The notes: generated by a model not told the origin, from the letters alone. A stretch of DNA of 24,000 nt from Celerinatantimonas yamalensis (GCF_046054155.1 NZ_JBEQCT010000002.1:255323-279322), one strand, 5' to 3'; positions 15,595 to 24,000 are shown, numbered from the stretch's first letter. Numbers and translations are program-made.

Positions 15595-16579
15595 TATTTA
15601 GTAACTCAATTAGATCAATCACAGCTGCATTACAGCGTGAAATATAATTTGCCATGACTAAGGAATGGTTAGCTAAAATGCCAAATCCACTGCCATTCAG
15701 TATCATAGGGCTCCATACAGGCTGTTGGGTCGCTTCGAGTTCGCGGATGATTTGACGGACACTGACCACCGCATTCTTTTTCACTAACACATCGTGAAAG
15801 TCAATTTCAACCGCTCTCATCAGCTCTAACAAGGCCCATGACGAGCCGCGTGCCCGATAAAAGACATTATCCAATTGCATCCAACTGGTTTTATCTTGAA
15901 TATTCGAATCAACCGATGGCGCATCAGGGTTGGTGTCTTTAAGCGAGGTGTTCAGTTGCGCTCTCCCGACACTGGCACTGAGTTGCTGTGACATAGAGCC
16001 CAGACGATTTTGTACCTCTTTGAGCCAATCAACCAGATTATCAGCCCGAGCATAAAAATGCGCTTGATTGGCATTGTTTAACGATAATCGATGACGGTAG
16101 TCGCCCAATAGCTCAATCCCTTTACTATATTCACTTTCAGCACTTGGAAACATCCAGCTTTGATGATCGATATAGAACTTAGGTTGGGCGATTTTTAAAT
16201 CAATATCTTCTTCTGACTGACTTTGACTGCGGCTCAGATCTTTACGCATGATCAATGTCATATCACGAATTTGAGTCAAGACGCCAAGTTCCCAAGATGG
16301 CATATTGTCCATGAATACTGAGGGAGGCATGATATCATTACTTAAATAGCCACCAGGCTTATCTAATAGTGTTTGCGCCAAACGCATCAGTGTCGTGGTG
16401 GTCACAAATCCAGGAACAATGGGTTGATTAATCTGTTTGGATACTTGCTGAGAGTATTTCTCGACATCAAACGTATCTGGCTCTTGGCTCCAATAGACGC
16501 TAATACCATAAAACACCAAGAAAATAACGGCCAGCGCAGCCGCAATCATTTTACTACGCCTTGACCAAGATCCTATCAT
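15587..16579 (-). CDS. DUF2333-like membrane-anchored protein
   Basis: 330-aa ORF with one N-terminal TM segment (MIAAALAVIFLVFYGISVYW) followed by SQEPDTFDV. A GAGAGGAA Shine-Dalgarno sequence lies upstream. The family name is from memory and unverified. Confidence 0.6.
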   Translation of the reverse strand: MIGSWSRRSKMIAAALAVIFLVFYGISVYWSQEPDTFDVEKYSQQVSKQINQPIVPGFVTTTTLMRLAQTLLDKPGGYLSNDIMPPSVFMDNMPSWELGVLTQIRDMTLIMRKDLSRSQSQSEEDIDLKIAQPKFYIDHQSWMFPSAESEYSKGIELLGDYRHRLSLNNANQAHFYARADNLVDWLKEVQNRLGSMSQQLSASVGRAQLNTSLKDTNPDAPSVDSNIQDKTSWMQLDNVFYRARGSSWALLELMRAVEIDFHDVLVKKNAVVSVRQIIRELEATQQPVWSPMILNGSGFGILANHSLVMANYISRCNAAVIDLIELLNNG

Positions 16580-16808
16580 ACGATTCCTCTCTATCTATTC
16601 TCTGATGTTTTGTCTGCTGTATTCTCGACGCCCTGCTCACCCCTATGGTAATTTAAGGATGAACAACCAAGTCTACCATTGAAAGCAGTCAATGATGAAA
16701 AAGTTCCCTTATCAGCCCCGATTATTCCATCACACCTACAATAGAATATCTGGACAACGGGGCAACCATTGAGCAATGCAGATCATTCCCACTACTTTTC
16801 TAGAAAAT

Positions 16809-16827
16809 AAGTCGTTTGTTACGACTT
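16809..16827. terminator. Symmetric (bidirectional-type) hairpin in otherwise unassigned DNA
   Basis: AAGTCGT-TTGTT-ACGACTT, flanked by GAAAATA on the left and TTTAAA on the right, so U-rich runs follow the stem on both strands. The stem is only 7 bp and AT-rich. Confidence 0.35.
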
Positions 16828-17101
16828 TTTAAACGCATGAATCGCGAAATAATGCCCATAGATCCCAACCACTCATCGGTGTATCAACCCCTATAAAAGT
16901 AATCTAGGTTGGGATTCACAATTCATTAACATTAAAATATGATCATAAATAACTCAAAAGATAAGCAACCATAGCTTCGTGTAATAAGCATAGCGCTTAT
17001 CTTTTCTTAATATTGCAAAACATCAATCTAAAACTAAGACAAGACATCTTGAGCATTTCAACTTAGAACAGATGCAAAAGACGACCCTTCACGCTCTAAT
17101 C

Positions 17102-17117
17102 ATTTGATAAATCAAAT
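17102..17117. promoter_or_regulatory. Perfect 16-bp AT-rich palindrome (operator-like)
   Basis: ATTTGAT-AA-ATCAAAT. It lies about 300 nt upstream of the 88-aa ORF. Confidence 0.3.
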
Positions 17118-17411
17118 ATACGCTGATTTGCTAAGCGCGTATATTACACTCGGCAAGTCATGCCTTAAGCCGCGGAGGTAACAATCATATCGCCAAGCAG
17201 ATATAAATGAACACCTCTCCGTGGGCATCTCTCAAAATGGCGTGCCTTTCGTTTTAAGCCCTCCTTTGACGTCCATTTGCCCTTATTAAGCTCACTAATG
17301 CTCATTGACTAGCTGAATGTAAGGTAATGTTCAATATATAAGATGCATTCGACTGTTCATCACAGCAAAGCTCAGGTATGTTGAGGCAACGGTTAAGTTT
17401 AAAAGCGATAT

Positions 17412-17678
17412 ATGATGAAAAAATTTACACATGAGCCTCAATTATTGAAAAAAGCGCTGATCATTGGTCAAGCCTATGCAACAGCCCGAGGTTATGGGCA
17501 ATTTCCAGCCAATATATCTGAAAAAGATAAAGTAGAAGCGTTGTATCGGTTGTTAATCACCGATAAGCGGATCACCCCTTTGGCAGACGATAAACTCACT
17601 GGCCCAGAAATGCGTCACAAACTCGTCTTATGGTTAGCCAAGCAACTTCCAGATGATCACCCTCTATTACAAAACTAA
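17412..17678 (+). CDS. Small hypothetical protein (88 aa)
   Basis: This is the only ORF of 60 aa or more on the plus strand in the 1.7-kb AT-rich stretch. No convincing Shine-Dalgarno sequence. The composition looks protein-like (amphipathic helices, no low complexity), but I recognise no family. Confidence 0.45.
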   Translation: MMKKFTHEPQLLKKALIIGQAYATARGYGQFPANISEKDKVEALYRLLITDKRITPLADDKLTGPEMRHKLVLWLAKQLPDDHPLLQN

Positions 17679-17805
17679 TGTCGATATAGCAAATTATAAA
17701 AATATCGGATCCCCCATACAAACTCAAAAAACAGCATATTGTACTAAAATAAACAATTTTTTTAGCTATAATGCGCTGGTTTTTTATATAATTAATTCAA
17801 ATGTA

Positions 17806-17827
17806 TGATCTGAATTTAATCAGATCA
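17806..17827. promoter_or_regulatory. Inverted repeat with 8-bp perfect arms and a 6-nt spacer
   Basis: TGATCTGA-ATTTAA-TCAGATCA. It lies in the 630-nt region upstream of the GGDEF gene. Confidence 0.35.
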
Positions 17828-18311
17828 CTCAAATGGATTATTTCTATTTGTCTTCCTATCTGTTTTAATGACTGCATTATTATTGTTCGATCTGTTCTTC
17901 GCTAGCTATCTGTAACAATAATGATTAGTTTTATCGCAAGATACATATGTGTCGACTCGCGAATGAGTCAATACTAGCGACAGGGTATTGCGCTAACAAC
18001 CCAGTAAACATGGAAATGACTCACCCTAACCGTATAGCGTAGACTTATTATTATGGCAGTTTAGATATAACAATCGAGAAAAGAGAGTGAAAACAAAAGA
18101 TAGAAAACATTAAGCCATTGCCAGCGATCAACCCTACATAAAATTGACAAGTGCCCACTATTTAACTTTTTTATATCACGGCTTATTTGAGATGAATGAG
18201 TATCGGCTCGTTATTTGCGGTTATAACAGCTCTTTCGGATACTTTCATCACTCCGATATAAATAGTAAATGGTTAGGCAAATGGGACAAAAAATAGGATT
18301 ATTAAAACAAG

Positions 18312-19280
18312 ATGAAATGGATCAGTTCAACCACCGTGTCTCAAACCGATGAAAAACTCGGTATTGTCCATCCAACCTCAGAAAACAGTCGATTTTTAGC
18401 CGTATTGGAGGGATGTCGAAGTACGTACTGGGAGTACCATTTACACACCCAAAAATTGCATTACCTATACTCTATTTGGGAGCAAACTACATCACAGTTT
18501 ATTAGCTATCAAACGAGTGAAGATTTTCAGGCGTTACAAGCAAATATTCATCCCTCAGATCGCGCTTCTTTTTATGCTCAATTAAACCTCCATATAGAAA
18601 AAGTTAACCCAGTATTTGAATGTACTTTCCGCTATCTAACTGCAAAAAATCGCCGTTGGCGGTGGTTCCGATGCCGCGGTCACATTACACACTACCAAGA
18701 TAATGAACCGGCCGTAATAGCGGGTATCTTTCGTGATGTCACGCGTGAAAAATACCGCCAGCAGAAGCTTCGGCAAATGGCTAAACGCGACCCGCTCACA
18801 GGTTTACCCAATCGCGCAGCGCTGAAAGAGGACTTTGACCAGCATCGGCCAGATGAGCATCAATCGGTTTCAATGGCGATTTTTTATCTCGACTTAGATG
18901 GCTTTAAAGAGGTCAATGATAAAATCAACCATCGAGCCGGCGACGTACTATTATGCGACCTTGCCAATCAATTAAATTGCTTCACGCGGCTACATGAGAA
19001 AGTCTATCGCATTGGTGGCGATGAATTTGTACTATTTGTCCCTCGCTTCAGCAATATACAAGAGATCACCCATTTGGCTGAGCGAATTACTCATACTTTT
19101 GCCAACAATAAACTCACTATATCAGGCTATTCTATCCAAGTTGGGATCAGTATTGGAATAGCCACATATCGCACCTCAGACACCTTAGATAGCATACTCG
19201 AACGAGCCGATGCACGAATGTACGAGGTAAAAAACAATGGTAAAAATGGCTATAAATTAGGTCACTCACTCAATGAATGA
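18312..19280 (+). CDS. PAS-GGDEF diguanylate cyclase
   Basis: A PAS-like N-terminal half (...FRYLTAKNRRWRWFRCRGHITHYQDNEPAVIAGIFRDVT) is followed by DPLTGLPNR, FYLDLDGFKEVND and an intact RIGGDEF. The I-site position reads RLHE rather than RxxD. Confidence 0.85.
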   Translation: MKWISSTTVSQTDEKLGIVHPTSENSRFLAVLEGCRSTYWEYHLHTQKLHYLYSIWEQTTSQFISYQTSEDFQALQANIHPSDRASFYAQLNLHIEKVNPVFECTFRYLTAKNRRWRWFRCRGHITHYQDNEPAVIAGIFRDVTREKYRQQKLRQMAKRDPLTGLPNRAALKEDFDQHRPDEHQSVSMAIFYLDLDGFKEVNDKINHRAGDVLLCDLANQLNCFTRLHEKVYRIGGDEFVLFVPRFSNIQEITHLAERITHTFANNKLTISGYSIQVGISIGIATYRTSDTLDSILERADARMYEVKNNGKNGYKLGHSLNE

Positions 19281-20917
19281 TGGGTATGTTGATATAGATG
19301 AACATCTCGCTGTGGGAAGGGAATCGATAATCCGACTTCATCAAAGCGTAATTTCACGCTACGCGTTACATCCCAATAGAGCTCCCAATAAGCTTCGGTT
19401 CGAACCCAAGGACGAACAATAAAATCTACAGATGATTCCCCTAGACGCATCAGCCGAATCACAGGCTCTGGTTCGCGCAATACATCCGGATGCTCATCAA
19501 TAATCGAGCGCAGTACTTTTTCTGCGAGCAAAATATCATCGTCATAGCTGATTGAGAATTCCATATCAACACGCCGAACTCGCTCAGCGGTAATATTATT
19601 GATAGTACTTCCCCAAATTTTATTATTGGGCACCATAATTTTTTGATTATCAAAAGTTCGAATTGTCGTGTTAACCAAACTCATATAGCTGACTTTCCCC
19701 GAAACTCCCCCCGCATCAACATAATCGCCCACATCAAAGGGCCGATAGATCAAAATCATCATGCCTGACGCGAAATTAGAAAGCGTATCTTGCAATGCGA
19801 AACCGATGACAATACCAGCCACACCAAGACCTGCGAGAATTGGGGCTAAATCAACACCAATTTGAGAAAACGCAGCAAGAATACCGAGCAAAATAACGGA
19901 CTTACCAGTAGTTGCAATAAAAAAGTCTTGCACTAATGTCGACATCCGTGAGTGTTTAGATCGCACCATCTTGCTGACCAATTGTTTCATTACCCGTGAA
20001 ATACCATAGAACAGCACAATCATCAAAATAAAGATCAAGGCCTTGGGTAAAAATGATTTAATACTGACAACAAAAAACTGATCGCCGCTAAAAAAGAAGG
20101 TTCTTATAAATGAAAGAAATCCATCGCTGTTGATAACGAGATCGCTGAGTTCGCCCGATGCTGAAAATATCAGCTGATTATAGACCGTGACATCAATATC
20201 ATTGACTTTTAATACGGGCACCAACTGACTGATATTGTCACTGAGTGTTTTGCTCACACGCTGCTGAAGCGTCAATTCATCACTCATCTGTTGGTGCATC
20301 ACTTTGGTTAAGCTACCAATTTCATCCTTGATTTGATCTTGTTTTTTAATACTTGCATTTAAATAATTTGCTAAATCATTCACATAGCGTAGTAGATCAT
20401 TATGAAAACGTACGCGATACTCTTTTCTGGATCTAACATCACGCAGTCTCTCTATCAACTCACTTTGTTTGCTGTAAAGGCTGCTTTGATAATGCATCGC
20501 CGAAGAAACTGTCAACCAACTGAGCGGTTTATTAGCCAGTGAAGCTTGTTCATAACTGTGGAATAGATCGCGCAATCGCTGCGGAGCCTGCGTTTTTTGC
20601 AGCTCAATCACGGTTAACATTTTTTTGACAAGCGCATCATTAGCTGCAATTGAAAGCTGTGATTGAGAACGAGTATTTTTAAGCACCAGTGCATTTAACT
20701 CATCGACCCGGGAGCTTATTTGCTGCAGCAGCATACTACGACTCATATCTGATTCACTTTTGCGCCAAATTTGTCCCAGTGAATTGAGATCATCTTGCCC
20801 TTTTTGCAAGCTCTCTTTGAGTATCAACTGCTCGGATTGCACCTGCGCATAAACAGGGATGGTAAACATAGCCCATATCAATAGGCTTATCCAACCCTGT
20901 CGAATAACTCTGCGCAT
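19262..20917 (-). CDS. MscS-family mechanosensitive channel with a large N-terminal periplasmic coiled-coil region
   Basis: The MscS core reads GVAGIVIGFALQDTLSNFASGMMILIYRPFDVGDYV...GKV..MSLVNTTIRTFDNQKIMVPNNKI. I prefer the start at 20917, which gives the signal peptide MRRVIRQGWISLLIWAMFTIPVYA and has a tandem AGGAGTAGGAGT 5 nt upstream. The ORF-track start is 20962. Confidence 0.85.
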   Translation of the reverse strand: MRRVIRQGWISLLIWAMFTIPVYAQVQSEQLILKESLQKGQDDLNSLGQIWRKSESDMSRSMLLQQISSRVDELNALVLKNTRSQSQLSIAANDALVKKMLTVIELQKTQAPQRLRDLFHSYEQASLANKPLSWLTVSSAMHYQSSLYSKQSELIERLRDVRSRKEYRVRFHNDLLRYVNDLANYLNASIKKQDQIKDEIGSLTKVMHQQMSDELTLQQRVSKTLSDNISQLVPVLKVNDIDVTVYNQLIFSASGELSDLVINSDGFLSFIRTFFFSGDQFFVVSIKSFLPKALIFILMIVLFYGISRVMKQLVSKMVRSKHSRMSTLVQDFFIATTGKSVILLGILAAFSQIGVDLAPILAGLGVAGIVIGFALQDTLSNFASGMMILIYRPFDVGDYVDAGGVSGKVSYMSLVNTTIRTFDNQKIMVPNNKIWGSTINNITAERVRRVDMEFSISYDDDILLAEKVLRSIIDEHPDVLREPEPVIRLMRLGESSVDFIVRPWVRTEAYWELYWDVTRSVKLRFDEVGLSIPFPQRDVHLYQHTHHSLSE

Positions 20918-20988
20918 ATTCACTCCTACTCCTCTATTATATTGATCAATCACTGTTATCATTGCGAAGACTTAGCAAGGAGAAAAAC

Positions 20989-21813
20989 ATGGCAGGTCAG
21001 CCCGCACAATCACCTTGGCGGCAGCGTCTTCATGAAATCATCTACGAAGCCGATACACCAGCAGGCAAAGGTTTTGATGTCACACTGATCATCTGTATTG
21101 TGACCAGTGTCATCGTCGTTATGCTCGATAGTGTTATCTCAATTCATGCCGAGTATGGCAGTTTACTAAAAGGGGTGGAATGGCTATTTACCCTAATATT
21201 TACGATTGAATATATCCTGCGATTATTATGTGTGCTTCGCCCTTGGTTGTATATGCGCAGTTTCTTTGGCTTGGTCGATCTATTCGCTATTTTACCAACC
21301 TTTATTAGCTTTCTTTTCCCCGGAACTCACTATCTTTTAAATATTCGAATTCTAAGGTTACTGCGCATTTTCCGTGTTTTAAAACTGGCCCACTATTTAG
21401 ACGAAGCACAAACACTTCGCCAAGCACTCAAAGCGAGTAGTCGAAAAATCAGCGTGTTTTTACTCGCAGTCTTTGCGCTCGTCGTTATTTTAGGCAGTGT
21501 GATGTATCTTATCGAAGGACCAGAGAATGGTTTTACGAATATTCCTATTTCAGTCTACTGGGCCATTGTCACGTTAACCACGGTCGGTTATGGCGACATT
21601 GCGCCAGTCACCGCCTTAGGAAAAATTGTCGCTTCAATGATCATGGTGATAGGTTACGGCATCATTGCCGTCCCGACTGGAATTGTCACCGTTGAACTCT
21701 CACAAGCGCAGCGACGACAATCCAACGTTTCCACCCAAGCGTGTCCCAACTGTAGTGCGCAAGACCACGACTTAGATGCCATCTATTGCAAATATTGTGG
21801 TCACACGCTTTAA
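20989..21813 (+). CDS. Voltage-gated-type 6TM K+ channel with a C-terminal zinc ribbon
   Basis: S4 reads IRILRLLRIFRVLK, with a basic residue at every third position. The selectivity filter is TLTTVGYGD. The C-terminus is CPNC-x11-CKYC. I prefer the start at 20989 (MAGQPA), which has AAGGAG 6 nt upstream. Confidence 0.85.
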   Translation: MAGQPAQSPWRQRLHEIIYEADTPAGKGFDVTLIICIVTSVIVVMLDSVISIHAEYGSLLKGVEWLFTLIFTIEYILRLLCVLRPWLYMRSFFGLVDLFAILPTFISFLFPGTHYLLNIRILRLLRIFRVLKLAHYLDEAQTLRQALKASSRKISVFLLAVFALVVILGSVMYLIEGPENGFTNIPISVYWAIVTLTTVGYGDIAPVTALGKIVASMIMVIGYGIIAVPTGIVTVELSQAQRRQSNVSTQACPNCSAQDHDLDAIYCKYCGHTL

Positions 21814-21876
21814 TGCAGTTCTACGCAGTGACGATCACCGTGGGTCTTATTTTTCCCAGCAATAGCCTCGCGTTAA

Positions 21877-23235
21877 TTATTCTTGCTCGTCATTATCGTT
21901 ATCAATATCGGTATTTTTAACCCGCGATTGGCGCATCAAGGGTTGATCACCGACATCAATACCATCATGGTAAACGCGGCTACGTTTTTGCGTATTCACT
22001 CGTTTTGGCCGTGCAACAGGACTCGCCTTAGCTGGCGACTGAGGGCGATTCGTCTGGCGATTTAAACGGTTCATTTTAGGTACAACCCCTTTAAATTTAC
22101 CTTCCAAACCATCTAACGTCGCAAACTCTACCTGTATATGTAAAAAACTGCGCAGCAGCAAATACTGCGACCAATCTTTAGGTCCCACTAACGAACAGGC
22201 TAACCCCGTACGCCCTGCTCGCCCGGTACGCCCGATACGATGTACATATTCCTCAGCATGCCTTGGCAAATCGAAGTTAACCACTAACCCAACATTGGCA
22301 ATATCTAACCCTCGAGAGGCTAAATCAGTGGTCACTAACACCTGTTGATGGCCTCGCTCAAAGCCATCCATAATCTGATTACGTTTACTTTGTACCAGCT
22401 CGCCACTGAGTGCCTGCGCGCTATATCCCCACTGACTGATTAGCTCAGCTAAGCGGGTAGTATCCTGGCGGGTCGCTGTAAAAACAATCACTTGCCCTTG
22501 CTGATGTTTATCAAGCAATGCCTTGAGTAGTGCTTGTTTATGATCGAGGTGATCGGCTAAATAAAACTGCTGGGCAATGTCACTGTTAGGAACAAATCCT
22601 TCCCCAATAGCAATACGCTCTGGTTCATGCAATAACTCTTGTGCAATCGTATTGATGGGGAGGTCATCTAATGTTGCCGAAAACATCAAAGTCTGACGTT
22701 TGCGATGATTAGCGGCGTTATCAATCATTCGCAGCTGCGCGGAAAAACCTAAATCAAGCATGCGGTCCGCTTCATCAAAGACTAATAATTCCAACCCTTC
22801 TAAATACAGATTACGCTGTAATAAGTGATCGGCTAAACGCCCAGGCGTTGCCACAATCACTTGCGGCTGACGACGCAGCTGTTTAATCTGATCATTAAAA
22901 TTTTCTCCCCCACAGAGTAACAACCCACGCCCTTGACTGACACTGAGTAGCAATCGCAACTGAGCATAAACTTGCTTGGCCAATTCTCGAGTTGGGGTTA
23001 ACACCACGGCGCGCGGATCACGTCGACTCAGCGCTTTTACTCGCAGTAAGCGTTGCATTAGCGGGATCAGGTAAGCTAACGTTTTGCCTGAGCCAGTTTT
23101 TGACGACGCTATCAGATCCCGCCCGGTCATTGCCGTTGGGATCGCTTCTTGTTGGATCTCTGTTGTTTCAGTAAATCCAAGATGTTCGATGGCTCGAAGG
23201 ATCCGATTATCCAGACCAAATTCGCTAAATTGCAA
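21877..23235 (-). CDS. DEAD-box ATP-dependent RNA helicase (SrmB/RhlE-like) with a basic/acidic C-terminal tail
   Basis: The Q-motif region, SKTGSGKT, PTRELA, VFDEADRML, FSAT and HRIGRTGRAG are all present. The start appears to be TTG at 23233-23235, since no in-frame ATG lies upstream of the Q motif. Confidence 0.85.
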   Translation of the reverse strand: MQFSEFGLDNRILRAIEHLGFTETTEIQQEAIPTAMTGRDLIASSKTGSGKTLAYLIPLMQRLLRVKALSRRDPRAVVLTPTRELAKQVYAQLRLLLSVSQGRGLLLCGGENFNDQIKQLRRQPQVIVATPGRLADHLLQRNLYLEGLELLVFDEADRMLDLGFSAQLRMIDNAANHRKRQTLMFSATLDDLPINTIAQELLHEPERIAIGEGFVPNSDIAQQFYLADHLDHKQALLKALLDKHQQGQVIVFTATRQDTTRLAELISQWGYSAQALSGELVQSKRNQIMDGFERGHQQVLVTTDLASRGLDIANVGLVVNFDLPRHAEEYVHRIGRTGRAGRTGLACSLVGPKDWSQYLLLRSFLHIQVEFATLDGLEGKFKGVVPKMNRLNRQTNRPQSPAKASPVARPKRVNTQKRSRVYHDGIDVGDQPLMRQSRVKNTDIDNDNDEQE

Positions 23236-23427
23236 AATCGTGTACCTTAACCTGTGACTGAGGCTGAATTATAGCGGTTTAGTATCGAGAATACAGCCAT
23301 TCCCTTAGCTTAAGCATCATCATCTCTGGCGAATAAAGGTTCACTACCCTATTATAGTTAAATTAGACTATACTCAAATTTAGACAAAATGTCTTAAATC
23401 TGAGCCAGACACTGCTGCGGAGGTTGT

Positions 23428-24000
23428 ATGGACGCAAATTTGCGCTTAGTTATTGGGAATAAAAATTATTCATCGTGGTCGCTGCGTCCTTGGTTACTAC
23501 TCAAACACTTTGCGATTCCCTTCAGTGAACAATCCATTAATCTCGCCAATCATGATGCAATGCTACAGATGCAGCAACTCTCGCCAAGTGGTCAAATTCC
23601 CGTCCTTTGGGCAAACGATATCGCTGTTTGGGACTCTTTGGCGATTTGTGAATGGATCAACACCTATTATCTTGATGGCCAAGCATGGCCAATCCGAGCT
23701 CATCTAAATGCATTAGGCCGTTCAATGAGCGCCGAAATGCACGCCGGATTTACTCTGATCCGCCGCTCTCTTCCTATGAATTGTCGGGCGCGCGTCGCCA
23801 TTCCTGATATGCCAGCAGCGCTTGCCGAAGAAATAGTCCGAGTCGAACAATTATGGCAGCAAGCATTAGATGCCAGTGGCGGCCCTTGGTTGCTGGGTTC
23901 TTTTTCAATTGCCGATTGCATGTTTGCGCCGATGGTATTGCGCCTTCAAACTTATGAACTGGCCGTTGATGAGCATCTCATCACTTATTGCCAACAAATT
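23428..24000 (+). CDS. Glutathione S-transferase family protein (3' end outside the window)
   Basis: This gene is not in the ORF track because no stop is reached. GGAGG lies 4 nt upstream of the ATG at 23428. My own translation reads MDANLRLVIGNKNYSSWSLRPWLLLKHFAIPF...LSPSGQIPVLW...VWDSLAICEWI and stays open through 24000. The pattern is typical of a GST N-terminal domain. Confidence 0.75.
   Translation, partial: MDANLRLVIGNKNYSSWSLRPWLLLKHFAIPFSEQSINLANHDAMLQMQQLSPSGQIPVLWANDIAVWDSLAICEWINTYYLDGQAWPIRAHLNALGRSMSAEMHAGFTLIRRSLPMNCRARVAIPDMPAALAEEIVRVEQLWQQALDASGGPWLLGSFSIADCMFAPMVLRLQTYELAVDEHLITYCQQI

Noticed and set aside
16591-16776. 61-aa minus-strand ORF upstream of the DUF2333 gene
   Set aside because: It has no Shine-Dalgarno sequence and a Cys/Gly-rich, odd composition. 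It lies where the DUF2333 promoter and leader should be.
16770-16778. A 9-nt match (CATTGCTCA on the minus strand) to the RyhB core as I remember it, near an AT-rich palindrome that looks vaguely Fur-box-like (17102-17117)
   Set aside because: The match does not extend. The palindrome is about 320 nt away and on the wrong side for a promoter, and no terminator follows. It is most likely chance.
16580-18311. c-di-GMP riboswitch (GEMM) or CsrB/Qrr/Spot42-type sRNAs in the long AT-rich gaps near the GGDEF gene
   Set aside because: I could not find the conserved GEMM core (ACGCAAAGC-type), repeated GGA loops, or the Qrr or Spot42 sequences as I recall them. Only a covariance-model scan could exclude them properly.
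19397-19407. GGTTCGAACCC, resembling a tRNA T-loop
   Set aside because: It lies inside the MscS-family coding frame. The flanking bases (TTCGG / CCAAG) do not form a T-stem, and no acceptor or anticodon arms can be drawn.
23453-23921. ORFs 23453..23707 (+) and 23700..23921 (-)
   Set aside because: Both are out of frame with, or antisense to, the GST reading frame. That frame starts at 23428 with a GGAGG Shine-Dalgarno sequence and stays open to the window end.
1-24000. Looked for mobile elements, defence islands, CRISPR arrays, and tRNA or rRNA genes
   Set aside because: I saw no transposase, integrase or recombinase-like ORFs, no terminal inverted repeats flanking a gene block, no regularly spaced direct repeats and no cloverleaf-compatible segments. 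The window reads as core or accessory chromosome.

Overview
This window looks like ordinary chromosomal DNA from a marine-type gammaproteobacterium. That guess rests on gene content (mepM, rlmI, pldA, LuxR-family, GGDEF, MscS) and on mid-40s %GC in the coding lines I hand-counted. I support 25 protein-coding genes, two of them cut by the window edges, in short operons on both strands. I found no rRNA, tRNA, CRISPR array, transposase, integrase or recognisable defence genes. The most unusual feature is a tightly coupled three-gene minus-strand operon at 1794-4229. It encodes a YbaK/ProX-type aminoacyl-tRNA deacylase, a ProW-like ABC permease with 23 Trp in 258 aa, and a ProV-like ABC ATPase with a CBS-like tail. 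In that ATPase the Walker A, Q-loop, signature, Walker B and D-loop motifs are all substituted, yet the ORF is intact, and no binding-protein gene is nearby. Other items worth a second look:
- a LuxR solo with no LuxI and no Shine-Dalgarno sequence;
- a Cys-rich TetR gene divergent from an OYE reductase gene, across a perfect 23-bp palindrome;
- a strong terminator oriented for the wrong strand upstream of a solitary HExxH protein, whose 3' end lies 4 nt from a convergent operon;
- a 1.7-kb AT-rich, almost ORF-free stretch carrying one 88-aa ORF, palindromes and orphan hairpins;
- a 6TM Kv-type K+ channel ending in a zinc ribbon, divergent from an MscS-family channel gene.
All family calls come from reading the translations against remembered family motifs. 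No searches were run.
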